DNA of 64,000 nucleotides from Candidatus Latescibacterota bacterium (GCA_965205485.1 OZ242180.1:3744001-3808000), one strand, 5' to 3'; counted from the stretch's first letter, positions 1 to 10,708 are shown. Numbers and translations are program-made. The notes: generated by a model not told the origin, from the letters alone.

Positions 1-9
1 GGACCGAAT

Positions 10-1179
10 TCAAAGACTGTATCTGAGTCTGAAAGAAAACGTCCAGGCGTCATCCCATCTGTCCAGCCGGCGGGCGACGTTCAGCCGGAGGAGTTGCCGG
101 GGAAGCGCAATACCCAGACCTGTACTGGTCATGAAGGATGCAAAGCCCAGTTCTCGGAATCCAGCGAACAGTTGGGCGGATTCCGGCATCAGCCGTGTCC
201 ACCCCGCATCCACGAATACAGTGAGGTTGAGCAGTTGGAATCCTCTGACGGGGATTCGCGGAAGGACGTCGCCGTGGAAGGCGTACTCGACGTTGAACAG
301 AACCAGACGGTTGGCACGAAATTCCTTGATGTCGAACCCGCGCAGGGTGCCCACGCCGCCCAGGCCGAAGAGGAATTGAGACACCGCGCTTTGCCGGGTA
401 CTCAACCGGGCCCGGACAATCAGGCCCTGTCTGCCGAATCTCACCTTTTGAAAACGCTTGCCTTCCAGGGTGAGGCCGTGGAAGGCGAAATCCCGAAAGC
501 CGCGTTCGTAGCGCAGGCTTCCGTACCACGCATTCCGGAAAAGCGGACTCCCGACGCGTGTATCGACCGTGGCGCCCGCGTACAGCATGCCGACGTCTCC
601 GGGCCGGGCAGGCGGGTTGCTACGAAAGGGGCGGTTCCGTAAGAATAGACTCCAGGCGGTCCTGACCGCCATGGGCTCGCATCGGTACGCGGTCAGTCCA
701 CTGAATAGAGAAAGCGTTCGTTTCGACCTGAGGGCGAACTTCGCTTCGAATCCGTTTTTCGCCCGGAAATAGTCGCGGTAGTCCCACTTGAAGAGGAGGC
801 TGAACAGGCTGTTTTCGTTGGTGCCGACGATGCCCGGTTCCGGCGTTTCGGATCTGTCGTAAACAGCGGCGTTGAATCTGAACTTCCTGCCGCGGTATTC
901 CAACCCGGCTTCCCAACGGGCGGAGCGGCTGGCAAAACCGTATCCACTTTCCGCGAAGACCTTGAGCCGGGGCCAATCCTTGCGGCCCGCGGACAGGCGG
1001 TACCCCAGGAAGGAACCTTCCACGCGATTGTATCGGAGTCGGGCGCCGCGGTAGAACTTCTCGAACCGGGAGACGTCGCCGGTCTGCGCGCACGCGTCCG
1101 ATACCCAGACGAGAACCGCGAGAAGGATGAGGAACGCTGCTTTCAAGTCTGGCGTCCTGTCACGGAGATATCCAGCCAC
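10..1179 (-). CDS. Omp85/BamA-TamA-like outer membrane beta-barrel protein, no obvious POTRA domain
   Basis: Signal-peptide-like N-terminus, amphipathic beta-strands, 'GGVGTLRGF' loop (Omp85 (V/L)RG(F/Y) motif), 'FVDAG' strand, C-terminal 'FSFRLRYSL'. Confidence 0.7.
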   Translation of the reverse strand: MAGYLRDRTPDLKAAFLILLAVLVWVSDACAQTGDVSRFEKFYRGARLRYNRVEGSFLGYRLSAGRKDWPRLKVFAESGYGFASRSARWEAGLEYRGRKFRFNAAVYDRSETPEPGIVGTNENSLFSLLFKWDYRDYFRAKNGFEAKFALRSKRTLSLFSGLTAYRCEPMAVRTAWSLFLRNRPFRSNPPARPGDVGMLYAGATVDTRVGSPLFRNAWYGSLRYERGFRDFAFHGLTLEGKRFQKVRFGRQGLIVRARLSTRQSAVSQFLFGLGGVGTLRGFDIKEFRANRLVLFNVEYAFHGDVLPRIPVRGFQLLNLTVFVDAGWTRLMPESAQLFAGFRELGFASFMTSTGLGIALPRQLLRLNVARRLDRWDDAWTFSFRLRYSL

Positions 1180-1199
1180 GCTCCCGCCGACCCGTCCCG

Positions 1200-2582
1200 T
1201 CAGCGCTCGATATTAAAGTACTTGATTTTCTTGTGGAGGTTTGTACGGTCAACGCCCAGCAATCTGGCCGCCCTTGTGACGTTCCAGCCATTTTCTATCA
1301 ATGCATCCGATATGTAGGCCTTTTCCACGGCCTCACGGACTTCATGGAGGCTCTTGCCGGACCCGGCTCCGGGCAAGGCGACAGCGGCCCCGGGCGCGTC
1401 GTCGCCGCGGGCCGGCTCCGGGCCGTCCAGTCCAGGCAGATGGTGGCCGAGGACCGTGTCTTCGGCGACCATAATGGACAGGCGCTCTATCAGGTTCTTG
1501 AGTTCCCTGATGTTGCCCGGCCAGCTGTAATTCTTCAGGGCCTCCATCGCCTCGGGGGTGATTTCCTTCGGGCGGAAGTCGTTTTCGTCGGCGTAATTCT
1601 TGAGAAAATGCTCCGAGAGCAGCGGTATGTCTTCCTTTCGATCTCTCAAAGGCGGGGCCGTGATGGGCACGACATTGAGCCGGAAGTAGAGGTCCTCCCG
1701 GAAAGCGCCGTTCTCTACCTGCTGCTGAAGGTTCTTGTTGGTCGCGGCGATCACCCTTACGTCCACTTTCAGGGTCGTCGACCCGCCAACCCGCTCGAAT
1801 TCCCCCTGCTCGAGGGCCCGAAGGACCTTCGCCTGGACACTCAGGCTCATATCGCCGATTTCGTCCAGGAACAACGTCCCGCCATCGGCCTGCAGGAACT
1901 TGCCGTCGCGGGTTTTCACCGAGCCCGTAAACGCTCCCCGGTCGCTGCCGAACAGTTCGCTCTCGATGAGCTCTTCCGGTATCGCGGCGCAGTTGACTTT
2001 CACGAAAGGACCCTTGCTGCGCCGGCTGTTTCTGTGGATGTCCCTGGCGACCAGTTCCTTGCCTGTGCCGCTTTCACCCAGGATCAGGACGCGACCGTTG
2101 GTTGGCGCGACCTTTGCAATCTGTTCTCGCACGGATGCGATGGCGCTGCTTTCGCCCACCATTTCGAATCGCATTTCGAACTTTCGTCGCAAATCACGAT
2201 TCTCCTCGGTCAGTTCGATGCTCTCAAGAGCATGGGAGAGCGTGAGCAGTACTTTTTCCCGGGACAGCGGCTTTTCCAGGAAATCGTAGGCGCCCAGTTT
2301 CGTGGCCACGACCGCGTCGTGGACGGTTCCGTGGCCGGAAATCATGATGACGGCCAGGTTTGGATCGTTTTGCCTGGCGGTTTTCAGGATTTCAATCCCG
2401 TTTGATCCCGGGAGGACGATGTCCAGCAGGACCACGTGCGGAGACTCGGTTTCTATCGCGACCAGCGCTTCCTTGCCTGAAGCCGCGCAGACAACCCGGT
2501 AACCCTCGGCAGACAGGATCATTTCCAGGGTCCGGCGGATGTTGCGTTCGTCGTCCACCACCAGAATTGTCGGTTCGGTCAT
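1200..2582 (-). CDS. Sigma-54-dependent response regulator, NtrX/NtrC family (REC-AAA+-Fis HTH)
   Basis: 'ILVVDDE' receiver, Walker A 'GESGTGKE', 'GAFTGS', 'LFLDEIG', '[11 protein letters not shown]', 'WPGNIREL', C-terminal HTH. Confidence 0.95.
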   Translation of the reverse strand: MTEPTILVVDDERNIRRTLEMILSAEGYRVVCAASGKEALVAIETESPHVVLLDIVLPGSNGIEILKTARQNDPNLAVIMISGHGTVHDAVVATKLGAYDFLEKPLSREKVLLTLSHALESIELTEENRDLRRKFEMRFEMVGESSAIASVREQIAKVAPTNGRVLILGESGTGKELVARDIHRNSRRSKGPFVKVNCAAIPEELIESELFGSDRGAFTGSVKTRDGKFLQADGGTLFLDEIGDMSLSVQAKVLRALEQGEFERVGGSTTLKVDVRVIAATNKNLQQQVENGAFREDLYFRLNVVPITAPPLRDRKEDIPLLSEHFLKNYADENDFRPKEITPEAMEALKNYSWPGNIRELKNLIERLSIMVAEDTVLGHHLPGLDGPEPARGDDAPGAAVALPGAGSGKSLHEVREAVEKAYISDALIENGWNVTRAARLLGVDRTNLHKKIKYFNIER

Positions 2583-4075
2583 ATGCTTTCCTCCGGCTGT
2601 CTCGCAGGTACGCCGGGTACGGGCAGGGTAATCTCGAACTGAGCGCCCCCTCCCGGCGCGCTCGCCGCAACGATCTGGCCGCCGTGGCTCTCGATGATGC
2701 TCCGGACCTCGGCCAGGCCCATGCCCATTCCGCTTTGTTTGGATGTCACATGCGGCTGAAAGATGCGCTCGCGGTCCCGTTCCGGCACGCCGGGTCCGGA
2801 ATCCACGACCAGGAGTTTGACCGAATTCGGGTGGTTCTCGGTCTGAATGACGATCCGGCCGTTTTGACCCGCGGCTTCGAGTCCGTTTTCGATCAGGTTG
2901 ATCAACACGCGGCGCATCTGTTCGCTGTCCAGGTCCAGATCGGGGACCTTCGGCGTGAGCTCGAGTACAATACCGGCTTCGGGGTAAAGCCGCACGATAT
3001 CCGTGATCACGTCGTTCAGACTGTGCCGTCCCAGGGACAGGGAAGGCATGCGCGCGAAGTCGGCGAACTCCTGAACCAGTTTTCGCAGGCTTTCCACCTC
3101 TTCAGTAACGATTTCGGTGCAGTCATGCACAAGCCTGGTATAGGCGGGGTCATTGCCGGGGTATTTGTCGCGGATCTGCTGGACCGTGAGCTGTATCGGT
3201 GTCAGCGGATTCTTGATTTCATGGGCAAGACGCCGGGCGATTTCACGCCAGGCGGCGATTTTTTCGGCTTCGAGACGCTGCCGGCGGTTCTGGGTCAGGT
3301 CTTCCGCCATCCGGTTGAAGGAACCGATCAGCAGTCCGATTTCGTCGTCCCGTCCGGCAGGAATGCGGTAGTCCAGATTGTCCTTGGCGAGCTCGCGGGT
3401 TCCCTTGACGAGTTCGTCCAGCGGATGCGTAACGCCGAAGCCGATACGCACGCCCATCAGGCATGCAAGCAGAAGCAGTCCAATGGTCGCGGCAAGGAAA
3501 TAGAAGAAGAACTCGCCCCTGAGGTCGCCACCTATCATCCGCAGGTACTGATGGGCCTGGACCGCCTGTTCGACGTTGTTGAGTTCCACCATGGGGCTCG
3601 TGATGACGAGGGCCGCGTCGGATGGCCCGTTCAGGTCAACGGGCACGAACATCTTCAGCGACGCGTCGCGCTCGCCGGCCCTGCGCAAGACGGGGCCGGA
3701 CAGGGGCTCCCGCATGTCTGGCGAGCCTATCTCCGCGGCATTCGCGAACCGGAGTCGTGCGTCGGGCATGTCGTGTCGGTCCAGAAAATCGCGGACCGGC
3801 TGAAGGTTTCCCGTGCGAAAGGCTTCTGCCGGCAGCGGCGACCGGAAGAGACGGCTTCCGATGTCGCCAAGTGCCTCCTTGCGGCTTTCGTAGTGGCTTC
3901 TTGCCAGTTCCACCGCGTCATTCAATGCCCGGCTGGTGCTTGCGCTGATGTTGTCCTGCAACTGAAGGCCGGATTCCAGGAAGTGTTGCGCCAGCAGGGA
4001 CAATGCCAGCGTGGTGCCAAGGGTGAGCGCGATGAGGGCGATAACGATGCGCCATCGCAAGGGTAGGGATCTCAT
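2579..4075 (-). CDS. HAMP-domain sensor histidine kinase, NtrY-like
   Basis: Two TM segments, HAMP '[13 protein letters not shown]', H-box '[22 protein letters not shown]', N/G boxes; 4-nt overlap with the response regulator. Confidence 0.93.
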   Translation of the reverse strand: MRSLPLRWRIVIALIALTLGTTLALSLLAQHFLESGLQLQDNISASTSRALNDAVELARSHYESRKEALGDIGSRLFRSPLPAEAFRTGNLQPVRDFLDRHDMPDARLRFANAAEIGSPDMREPLSGPVLRRAGERDASLKMFVPVDLNGPSDAALVITSPMVELNNVEQAVQAHQYLRMIGGDLRGEFFFYFLAATIGLLLLACLMGVRIGFGVTHPLDELVKGTRELAKDNLDYRIPAGRDDEIGLLIGSFNRMAEDLTQNRRQRLEAEKIAAWREIARRLAHEIKNPLTPIQLTVQQIRDKYPGNDPAYTRLVHDCTEIVTEEVESLRKLVQEFADFARMPSLSLGRHSLNDVITDIVRLYPEAGIVLELTPKVPDLDLDSEQMRRVLINLIENGLEAAGQNGRIVIQTENHPNSVKLLVVDSGPGVPERDRERIFQPHVTSKQSGMGMGLAEVRSIIESHGGQIVAASAPGGGAQFEITLPVPGVPARQPEESI

Positions 4076-4698
4076 TGCAGATCCTCCGGCGAGAATTGGC
4101 TGACTTCGATCCAGGGTGTCCGGTCCGTGGGCCGGTCCAGTGAGATGAAGAGCTCCAGCAGGCTTCCTTTCTGAAGGAAGTTGAGCCAGCGGCGGGACCG
4201 CACCTCCTGTTCAACGGAGATGGGTGTGAGACCCACGCGAAGGCGCAGATTGAATTCCCGCCCGTCGGGAAGCGGTCCCAGCGGGAGCTCCCGATGTATC
4301 GAGCAGAACGCCCTGACCGTGTCGAAATGGGCAGTCTGAAGGGTGTCCAGGCGGCCGGTATCGCGTACCACCCGGTACCGGCCCTCCCAGATGTCGTGGT
4401 CGAGTCGCATGCCGAGTACGTACTCCAGCGCCTTCGACTGCAGGTCCGAATCCAGCCGGAACTCCATGACCACGGAGGTGATGAGGCCCGATGCGATGGC
4501 ATCCAGCGCGCGCCTGGAAAAGAGTGAATTCAGTTCGATATTTAGTTTGAGCGTGTCCGACTGCAGGTAGACCGTATGTGCGGCGACCGCGACGTCCGGG
4601 GAGTCGGCGCGCGCCTGGGTTGCAACAAAAAAAAAGAGGCAAGCGCAAATGCTGACAATTCGCCTGGACGCCTCCGCTTTGCCTCGATTTGTATGCAT
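4072..4698 (-). CDS. Periplasmic protein, DUF4390-like
   Basis: Signal peptide, 'ALDAIASGL', 'LDHDIWEGRYRV'; located directly upstream of an ntrY/ntrX-like pair, as DUF4390 genes typically are. Confidence 0.65.
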   Translation of the reverse strand: MHTNRGKAEASRRIVSICACLFFFVATQARADSPDVAVAAHTVYLQSDTLKLNIELNSLFSRRALDAIASGLITSVVMEFRLDSDLQSKALEYVLGMRLDHDIWEGRYRVVRDTGRLDTLQTAHFDTVRAFCSIHRELPLGPLPDGREFNLRLRVGLTPISVEQEVRSRRWLNFLQKGSLLELFISLDRPTDRTPWIEVSQFSPEDLQ

Positions 4699-4833
4699 TT
4701 CGGGAGATTGGTGAACTTTCAGCGGTCCGGACGCACAACCGGGGGCCGTGGCGGAACACTCGCCGAACGGTGACCTGTTCTTTGGACCGGACGCGAGGGA
4801 TCTGTACGCGCCGCACAGGGCGTTACCCCCGAC

Positions 4834-6123
4834 TCACAGGCCCAGATTGATACCGCCGAACCGGTGGAATTTTACAATTAGCGTGCCCCTTTTCAAGCCG
4901 TAGCTGATGTCGACCCGGTTAAACAGCAGCGCGCCGATGCCATATGTGCCGTTCGAATCCCTGCGATGAAACCCCGCCACCGGTCTGCGTATCGCGGCCC
5001 ACTCGGCAAAGCAGTAGAGCCTGCCGATCGGGCGGGTTGCAATCGCATAGACGCCTTCGATTGAGATAAATTCCGTGCCGCCCTCGGGGCCGATCGCGCG
5101 TCGTTCGAAACCCCTGAGCTGATTCTCGCCATCCAGATAAAACCGTTCGAAGAAGGGCGGTGGGCCCGCAATCAGCCCCGCCCTTCCGCCCACGCTGAGG
5201 GTCTGTCCGGGCAGCGTGGCAAAGTGCCGATAGGCCTCCACCCGGGATCGGAGGTAGCTCGCGTTGGTGCCCAGGGCGCCGGGGGCGAAGTCCAGTCGGA
5301 AGTTGAGGTCGAATCCCGCCGCGCCGCCCCAGAACCTGGAGGCGGGCTGCCGGTAGAGTTCGATGCCGAAGGTGGATATCGGTGTGCGGCCGAGGGCCGA
5401 GATGATTTCCCGCGTGAACTCCGGGCCCGATATGAAGACATCCGGCTCATCGAAGTCGTTGATGCGAACCTGGTCGAGGGCGTAACGGGCCACCAGCCGG
5501 TATTTCTCGCCGATGGGTTTCCCGAGACCCACCGCGCCGCCGATTCGGTCCACGTCGTACAGGCCGCGCTTCTGCGGGTCGGGACTGCGGTACATATCGC
5601 GGTCGGCCCTTGAGAAGTGGCCCTTCACGTGAAGTGACGTGTACCCGCTGTTAAGCCATGGGTCGGTATAGCTGAAGCCGAAGCGTTGCAGGCGCTCGCC
5701 GTGCGAATACGCCACGCCTACGGTCTTGCCTTCTCCGCCGAGGTTGACGTGATAGGCGTCGGCGGCGAGCCCGAATCCGTCCAGTTCCGTGTATTCGAAG
5801 CTGACGCCGACGTCGCCGAATCGCTTCTCGTCGACGTAGACGACCAGCACGGCCTTGCCCTGCTCGGTGCCGGGTTTCGGCGCGACGTGTACCGTGCGGA
5901 AGAGGCGGGTGCGGTAGAGCGACTCGCGGCTGGCATCCAACCTTCCAGGCGTCAGCCGGTCACCCTTGTGGATGGGCAGGGATCGCAGGATGATGTCTGC
6001 TTTCGTCTTGTGATTGCCCCTGACCTCGATTCGTTCGACAACGTATCCGGTGGCATCCTGGGCGTACACGGATGGCGTCGTACAGGCGAAGAGGAGGGTG
6101 AAAAGGACAATCGCGCGCGACAT
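4834..6123 (-). CDS. Omp85/BamA-TamA family outer membrane protein with N-terminal POTRA domain
   Basis: SD GGAGGT before ATG at 6123; signal peptide; POTRA 'VERIEVRGNHKTKADIILR...LYRTRLF'; 'FYLDGENQLRGF' motif. Confidence 0.8.
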   Translation of the reverse strand: MSRAIVLFTLLFACTTPSVYAQDATGYVVERIEVRGNHKTKADIILRSLPIHKGDRLTPGRLDASRESLYRTRLFRTVHVAPKPGTEQGKAVLVVYVDEKRFGDVGVSFEYTELDGFGLAADAYHVNLGGEGKTVGVAYSHGERLQRFGFSYTDPWLNSGYTSLHVKGHFSRADRDMYRSPDPQKRGLYDVDRIGGAVGLGKPIGEKYRLVARYALDQVRINDFDEPDVFISGPEFTREIISALGRTPISTFGIELYRQPASRFWGGAAGFDLNFRLDFAPGALGTNASYLRSRVEAYRHFATLPGQTLSVGGRAGLIAGPPPFFERFYLDGENQLRGFERRAIGPEGGTEFISIEGVYAIATRPIGRLYCFAEWAAIRRPVAGFHRRDSNGTYGIGALLFNRVDISYGLKRGTLIVKFHRFGGINLGL

Positions 6124-6180
6124 CGATACTGACCTCCGCTGGAATCCGTCGACCACATTCAGAGCGGTGAATCAGAGTGC

Positions 6181-6195
6181 GCAAAAACCGTACCA
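6181..6195 (-). promoter_or_regulatory. Sigma-54 (-24/-12) promoter of the Omp85-ntrYX-like operon
   Basis: Minus strand TGGTACGGTTTTTGC (GG-N10-GC), about 60 nt upstream of the ATG; IHF-like AAACAA-N4-TTA at 6233-6245. Confidence 0.7.
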
Positions 6196-6425
6196 GTACG
6201 GCCGTTTGGAATCGGACGCAAACGAGATTGAAAAACAACCAGTTACGCCGAAATCTGCGGCAGGCGCATCGCCATATCCTGTGAAAGAATAACACAGATG
6301 TGGTTGTTTTGCAACAGGTTTGTGGTTTCCGGGGTACAGTCTGAGATCGGGAAGGGCCGAGAGGAAGAGGTGACGCCGGGGACCGGGGATTACAGGCGAC
6401 CGGGAAAGCTGCGGTCCCCGAAAGG

Positions 6426-7421
6426 CTAAGAGGCCGATATCGGGGCGATGTCGACCATGGTGCGCAGGCCCGGCGGAGCCTGATGGATGACCGGAATCGC
6501 ATTGGTGACGATCGAACACGTGGCCACGTCTCCGTTGATGCCGCCGGCAACCGTAAGATCGACTTCCGGAGTCCCGATAACGCGGATGCGGTCTCGGGGC
6601 TGGGATTCGCCCACTGCCGCGCGAAACACGAGCGTGAGGACTTCCCGATTGTCCGCAAAACCCCGTCCCGTCTGGTTGACGCCCGTGGTGCGGCCGGCCT
6701 GGACGGACCAGTCCTTTCCCCGCACCTCCGTTCGCGCGATCACCGGTTCCACGATATCCTCGGTCCTGTCGAGACTCCAGCCGAGTCTGGATGCGATCAT
6801 TTGCATGGATTGCGTCAATCCCACGTGGCGGATCTGACGACTTCTGACGCGTTTCTGAAACGCGTCGACGGAGAGTCCGGCGCCGATCTTCTGACGGAAG
6901 GGGAGGCGACGCCGGGATGCGTCCTGGATGCGTTCGATCAGGATGGAATCCACGTTACGGCACACCGCCGTCGTGGCCACTGGCAGAAAGTCCATCAGAA
7001 AGCCCGGATTCACGCCGGTACCCAGTATTGATACCCGGTTCGCCTTCGCGAGGTCGTCGACGCGCCGGGCGAGTCCCGGCTCGGCATCCCATGGATACGC
7101 CAGTTCCTCGCAGGTGGAAACGACGTTCAGGCCGCCTTCCATCGCCTGTTCCAGCGTTGGATACAGCGCCCGAATGTCGGACACCGTCGTGACAACGGCC
7201 ACGTCGGCGTCATTCATCATTCCGGCGTCCAAAGAACCCTCCACGACGACGTTCAGCGGACGATCCAGGTTGTACGCGGCCCCCAGGTCCCGACCCGACT
7301 TTTCGGGGTCCACGTCCACGGCGCCGACGACCTGCAGGTCGTCCTTTTCGGTGAGATAGGGACCGAGCATCTGGCCGAGCGGCCCCAGACCGATATGCAC
7401 AATACGAATGGGATTCGACAT
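6426..7421 (-). CDS. 2,4-diaminopentanoate dehydrogenase-like / dihydrodipicolinate reductase-like NAD(P)-dependent oxidoreductase
   Basis: Rossmann 'GLGPLG', 'VSTCEEL', 'LGTGVNPGF', C-terminal 'GGINGDVAT...NAIP...APPGLRTMVD'. Confidence 0.8.
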   Translation of the reverse strand: MSNPIRIVHIGLGPLGQMLGPYLTEKDDLQVVGAVDVDPEKSGRDLGAAYNLDRPLNVVVEGSLDAGMMNDADVAVVTTVSDIRALYPTLEQAMEGGLNVVSTCEELAYPWDAEPGLARRVDDLAKANRVSILGTGVNPGFLMDFLPVATTAVCRNVDSILIERIQDASRRRLPFRQKIGAGLSVDAFQKRVRSRQIRHVGLTQSMQMIASRLGWSLDRTEDIVEPVIARTEVRGKDWSVQAGRTTGVNQTGRGFADNREVLTLVFRAAVGESQPRDRIRVIGTPEVDLTVAGGINGDVATCSIVTNAIPVIHQAPPGLRTMVDIAPISAS

Positions 7422-7695
7422 CCGGAATGTTCTCTCTTTCTCTGTGAATAAAGTACCATTTGGTAGTCAGATTGCCAGGCCGGCCGGAATCCCGGCGCCA
7501 ATGGATTCACACGCGGAAGACTGCCCCCCGATGCGGGCATTGACGCCGGTTTCAATGCACCGGATCGACCGGTTCCGGACGGACGGAATCCGGCTGCCGG
7601 CGGCAGAAAACCGGGTCCGACGAATATACGTTTGAGAGGAAACCGCGCCAAACGAAAATGAACGGGTTCGGGTGATCAGTCCGTCCGGGAGACGG

Positions 7696-7724
7696 TTGAC
7701 CGGAGGCCGTTTTGCGCTTACCTT
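7696..7724 (+). promoter_or_regulatory. Candidate sigma-70 promoter for the lut genes
   Basis: TTGACC-N17-TACCTT about 50 nt upstream of ATG 7777. Confidence 0.4.
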
Positions 7725-7776
7725 GTTGGCGCCCGATCGGGGCGGTTTCAACGTGTTTTCGAAAGGGGACGGGGCG

Positions 7777-8370
7777 ATGGCGGTTGACGTGATTGAACGG
7801 TTTGTTTCCAAGTACGAAACGCTGTCAGGACGCGCACATCTGGCAGACAGCGCGGAATCCGTTGCGGAGGCGGTGCTTTCCGTGGTCCACGATGCCGGAG
7901 GCACGCGCCTGGCCGCGGCCGAACTCCCGGATGAGCTGACAAGGACGCTGGAGCAGCGGTGTGTCCAGGCGGGTGTCGAGCTGTTGAAGCCGCCCTACGA
8001 CGGCCGCTCGCTCCCCGGCGCCATCGACGCCGCCCACGTCGGGGTGTCCTGGGTCGAGTTCGCGGTGGCGGAGGCCGGTGCGCTTGTTGAATTCGCAACA
8101 AACGACGCGACGCGCCTGGTTTCCACGTTGCCGAGGATCCATCTGGGGATTGTTCGCGCAGAGGAGATCGAGGCGTCATTGCTGGACGCCGGACCACGGA
8201 TACGGGCGTTTATGGCGGCGCAGCCGGAAAACGCCACCGTAACGTTCATTTCCGGCCCGAGTCGCACGGCGGACATCGAGATGCGGCTCACGTTGGGAGT
8301 ACATGGCCCCGAGATGGCCCACGCGGTCATCCTGAACGATCAAACGCCAGGCACGAAAGGACAGGGATGA
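7777..8370 (+). CDS. lutC: LUD domain protein, LutC/YkgG family
   Basis: 'AVAEAGAL', 'STLPRIH', 'FISGPSRTADIEMRLTLGVHGP'. Confidence 0.85.
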   Translation: MAVDVIERFVSKYETLSGRAHLADSAESVAEAVLSVVHDAGGTRLAAAELPDELTRTLEQRCVQAGVELLKPPYDGRSLPGAIDAAHVGVSWVEFAVAEAGALVEFATNDATRLVSTLPRIHLGIVRAEEIEASLLDAGPRIRAFMAAQPENATVTFISGPSRTADIEMRLTLGVHGPEMAHAVILNDQTPGTKGQG

Positions 8371-10511
8371 TGTTGAAGGGCCGGTATAAAGGATTGGAAG
8401 AAAAGATCGATCATGCGCTGAAAGAGCGATCCGGCAGGACGGCGCTTTACCGGGCCATGAAACGCGGGCGGGACAGCCGGCACAAGGCGGTTGGCGCACT
8501 GCCCGGCGGCGAGGGGTTTCGTAATGCGGTTCGTTCCGTAAAGGTCCGGTGTCTCGATCAGCAGGATGAACTGGTGGACCGGTTTGCAGGAAAGGTGCGG
8601 GAGCGTGGCGCCATGGTATTCATGGCGAACGACGGGCCCGATGCGATTTCGTACATTCTGGACATTGTGAAGAAACGCGGCGCCAAAACCGTGGCCAAGT
8701 CCAAGTCTCTCACGAGCGAGGAAATCGAAGTGAATCATCCGCTGGAAGAGGCCGGCGTGGATGTGATCGAAACGGACCTGGGTGAGTTGATCATCCAGAA
8801 GGTGAACGAAAAGCCCTTTCATCTCGTCTTCCCCGCGGTACACAAGACGGCGGTGGAGGTGGCGGAGATCTTCCGGGAGGTAACGCAGCAGGACGTACCG
8901 CATGACGTCGACGCCATCATGAGGATCGTGCGCAAATATCTGCGTCCGATTTTTCTGAATGCCGATATCGGGATGACCGGGGCCAACGTGGGAGTTGCCG
9001 AGACCGGCGCCATCGTGATCGAGACGAATGAGGGCAACGCGCGGCTCGTATCCAGCATTCCGGACGTGCATATCTGCATCATGGGGCGTGAGAAGATCGT
9101 GGACACCGTGGAGGATGCGTTGCAGATGATGCTGGCGCATCCCATCAGCGCCGTGGGGCAGCATCTGACGACGTACGTGACCATGATGGGGGGGAGATCT
9201 CCGCTTGGCGCGGGGGAGGGACGGGGACCGAGGGAGTCGCACATCATCATACTGGACAACGGGCGCAGCAGGATGCGGGAAGATCCCCTGTTCAAGGATG
9301 CGTTGAATTGTATCCGCTGCGGCGCCTGTATGAATATCTGCCCCACCTACGGCGTGGTGGGCGGGCACACGTTTGGCTACATCTATCCGGGGCCGATCGG
9401 GATCCCCTGGACGTCGGAAGTTCATGGACTGGACAAGGCCGCCGAATTCGCGCCGCTCTGTGTTTCCTGCGGGCTTTGCAAGGAGATCTGTCCGGCCGGA
9501 ATCGATATTCCCATGATGATCGCCGGCGTGAAGGACCGGGACGGAGCGCAGAACGGGCATCCCCGTGTCAACCGGATTCTGATGGCCGCGGAGGGGATGG
9601 CGAAGTTCGGCTGCGCCACGGCGCCCTTCTCCAACTGGATGATGCGGAACGGGTTGTTCCGGTGGGCGATGGAGGCGTTCACGGGCATCGACCGGAGGCG
9701 GGCGCTGCCCCCGTTCCGGCGCCAGACGCTGCCAAAGTGGTTCAGGAAGCGCGGCGCGGTCAAGCGGTCGAAGGAACCGGTGCGCCAGGCGGTGTTCTTC
9801 GCGGATATATATGCGGCTTACAATGCGCCTGAACTGGGCCGGGCCGCGGTCTCGGCGCTGGAAGCGCTCGGGTGCGAAGTCATCTTGCCAAGGCAGCGCG
9901 GCAGCGGCTATCCCTATATCGGATACGGCGACCTTAAACGGGCGGAGAAGCTGGCTGACGAGAACGTACGCCTGATGATGCCCCACGTCGAGGCCGGGTA
10001 CGACGTTGTGGCCACCGAGCCGACTGCCGCATATTGTCTGAAGGTGTCGTATCCCAAGCTGCTCCACGGCCGCGCGGATGCCCAGGCGGTGGCCGACCGG
10101 ACGTACGAACTGTTCGCGTACCTGGAAATGCTCGAAAACCTCGCCGGCGGCGGTGAAGAGACGACCCTGTACGAGGGCCGCCGGTTCGGATTCCACGTCT
10201 CGTGCCACCAGCGGCCCCTGGATGCCGGCCGGCAGGCGATGGACTATCTGAGACGCCGCGGCGCCCAGGTCGAACTGGTTGAGACGGGGACATGCTGCGG
10301 TATGGCGGGGACCTTCGGGATGAAGAAAGGCATGCTGGGATACGAACTCTCGCAGGCCGTGGGAGAGCCGCTGTTCCAGGCCTTTCAGGAGGCGAATGTG
10401 GACACCATCGTCACCGAAAGCAGCGTGTGCGCCATCCACCTGCGCGAGGGCACGGGCATCAACGTCATCCATCCTCTGGAGTTGTTGATGGAGCAGGGTG
10501 GTACGGGTTAA
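8367..10511 (+). CDS. LutB-like LUD + 2x[4Fe-4S] protein fused to CCG (LutA-like) domains; lactate-utilisation-type oxidoreductase
   Basis: 'KSKSLTSEEI', 'ETDLGELI', 'TNEGNAR', CIRCGACMNICP, CVSCGLCKEICP, C-terminal 'HVSCH', 'TCCGMAGTFG'. Confidence 0.88.
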   Translation: MMLKGRYKGLEEKIDHALKERSGRTALYRAMKRGRDSRHKAVGALPGGEGFRNAVRSVKVRCLDQQDELVDRFAGKVRERGAMVFMANDGPDAISYILDIVKKRGAKTVAKSKSLTSEEIEVNHPLEEAGVDVIETDLGELIIQKVNEKPFHLVFPAVHKTAVEVAEIFREVTQQDVPHDVDAIMRIVRKYLRPIFLNADIGMTGANVGVAETGAIVIETNEGNARLVSSIPDVHICIMGREKIVDTVEDALQMMLAHPISAVGQHLTTYVTMMGGRSPLGAGEGRGPRESHIIILDNGRSRMREDPLFKDALNCIRCGACMNICPTYGVVGGHTFGYIYPGPIGIPWTSEVHGLDKAAEFAPLCVSCGLCKEICPAGIDIPMMIAGVKDRDGAQNGHPRVNRILMAAEGMAKFGCATAPFSNWMMRNGLFRWAMEAFTGIDRRRALPPFRRQTLPKWFRKRGAVKRSKEPVRQAVFFADIYAAYNAPELGRAAVSALEALGCEVILPRQRGSGYPYIGYGDLKRAEKLADENVRLMMPHVEAGYDVVATEPTAAYCLKVSYPKLLHGRADAQAVADRTYELFAYLEMLENLAGGGEETTLYEGRRFGFHVSCHQRPLDAGRQAMDYLRRRGAQVELVETGTCCGMAGTFGMKKGMLGYELSQAVGEPLFQAFQEANVDTIVTESSVCAIHLREGTGINVIHPLELLMEQGGTG

Positions 10512-10542
10512 TTCATGAATGGGCAATTTCGTAGGTTGAACC

Positions 10543-10708
10543 AGTGTTTTGTCCCGAAAATAATTAGCCTGAATTCGACCGCCGAGTCGCCCGGCTCGCA
10601 AGGCGCCTGAGCGCAGGCGACCTGCGTATGGTCGGCGAGCGAGGGGAACGTAGTGAGACGGGATGAATCGGCGGTCGAATGGCGAGGTATTTTCGGGACA
10701 GGACACTA
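10543..10708. mobile_element. ~166-bp MITE-like element, copy 1
   Basis: Terminal IRs AGTGTTTTGTCCCGAAAATA / TATTTTCGGGACAGGACACT; internal IR ATTCGACCGCCGA / TCGGCGGTCGAAT; inverted second copy at 46337-46503. Confidence 0.75.

Noticed and set aside
7537..7558. GCATTGA-N8-TCAATGC palindrome as an FNR box
   Set aside because: Spacing does not fit TTGAT-N4-ATCAA; it could be another operator but this is unsupported
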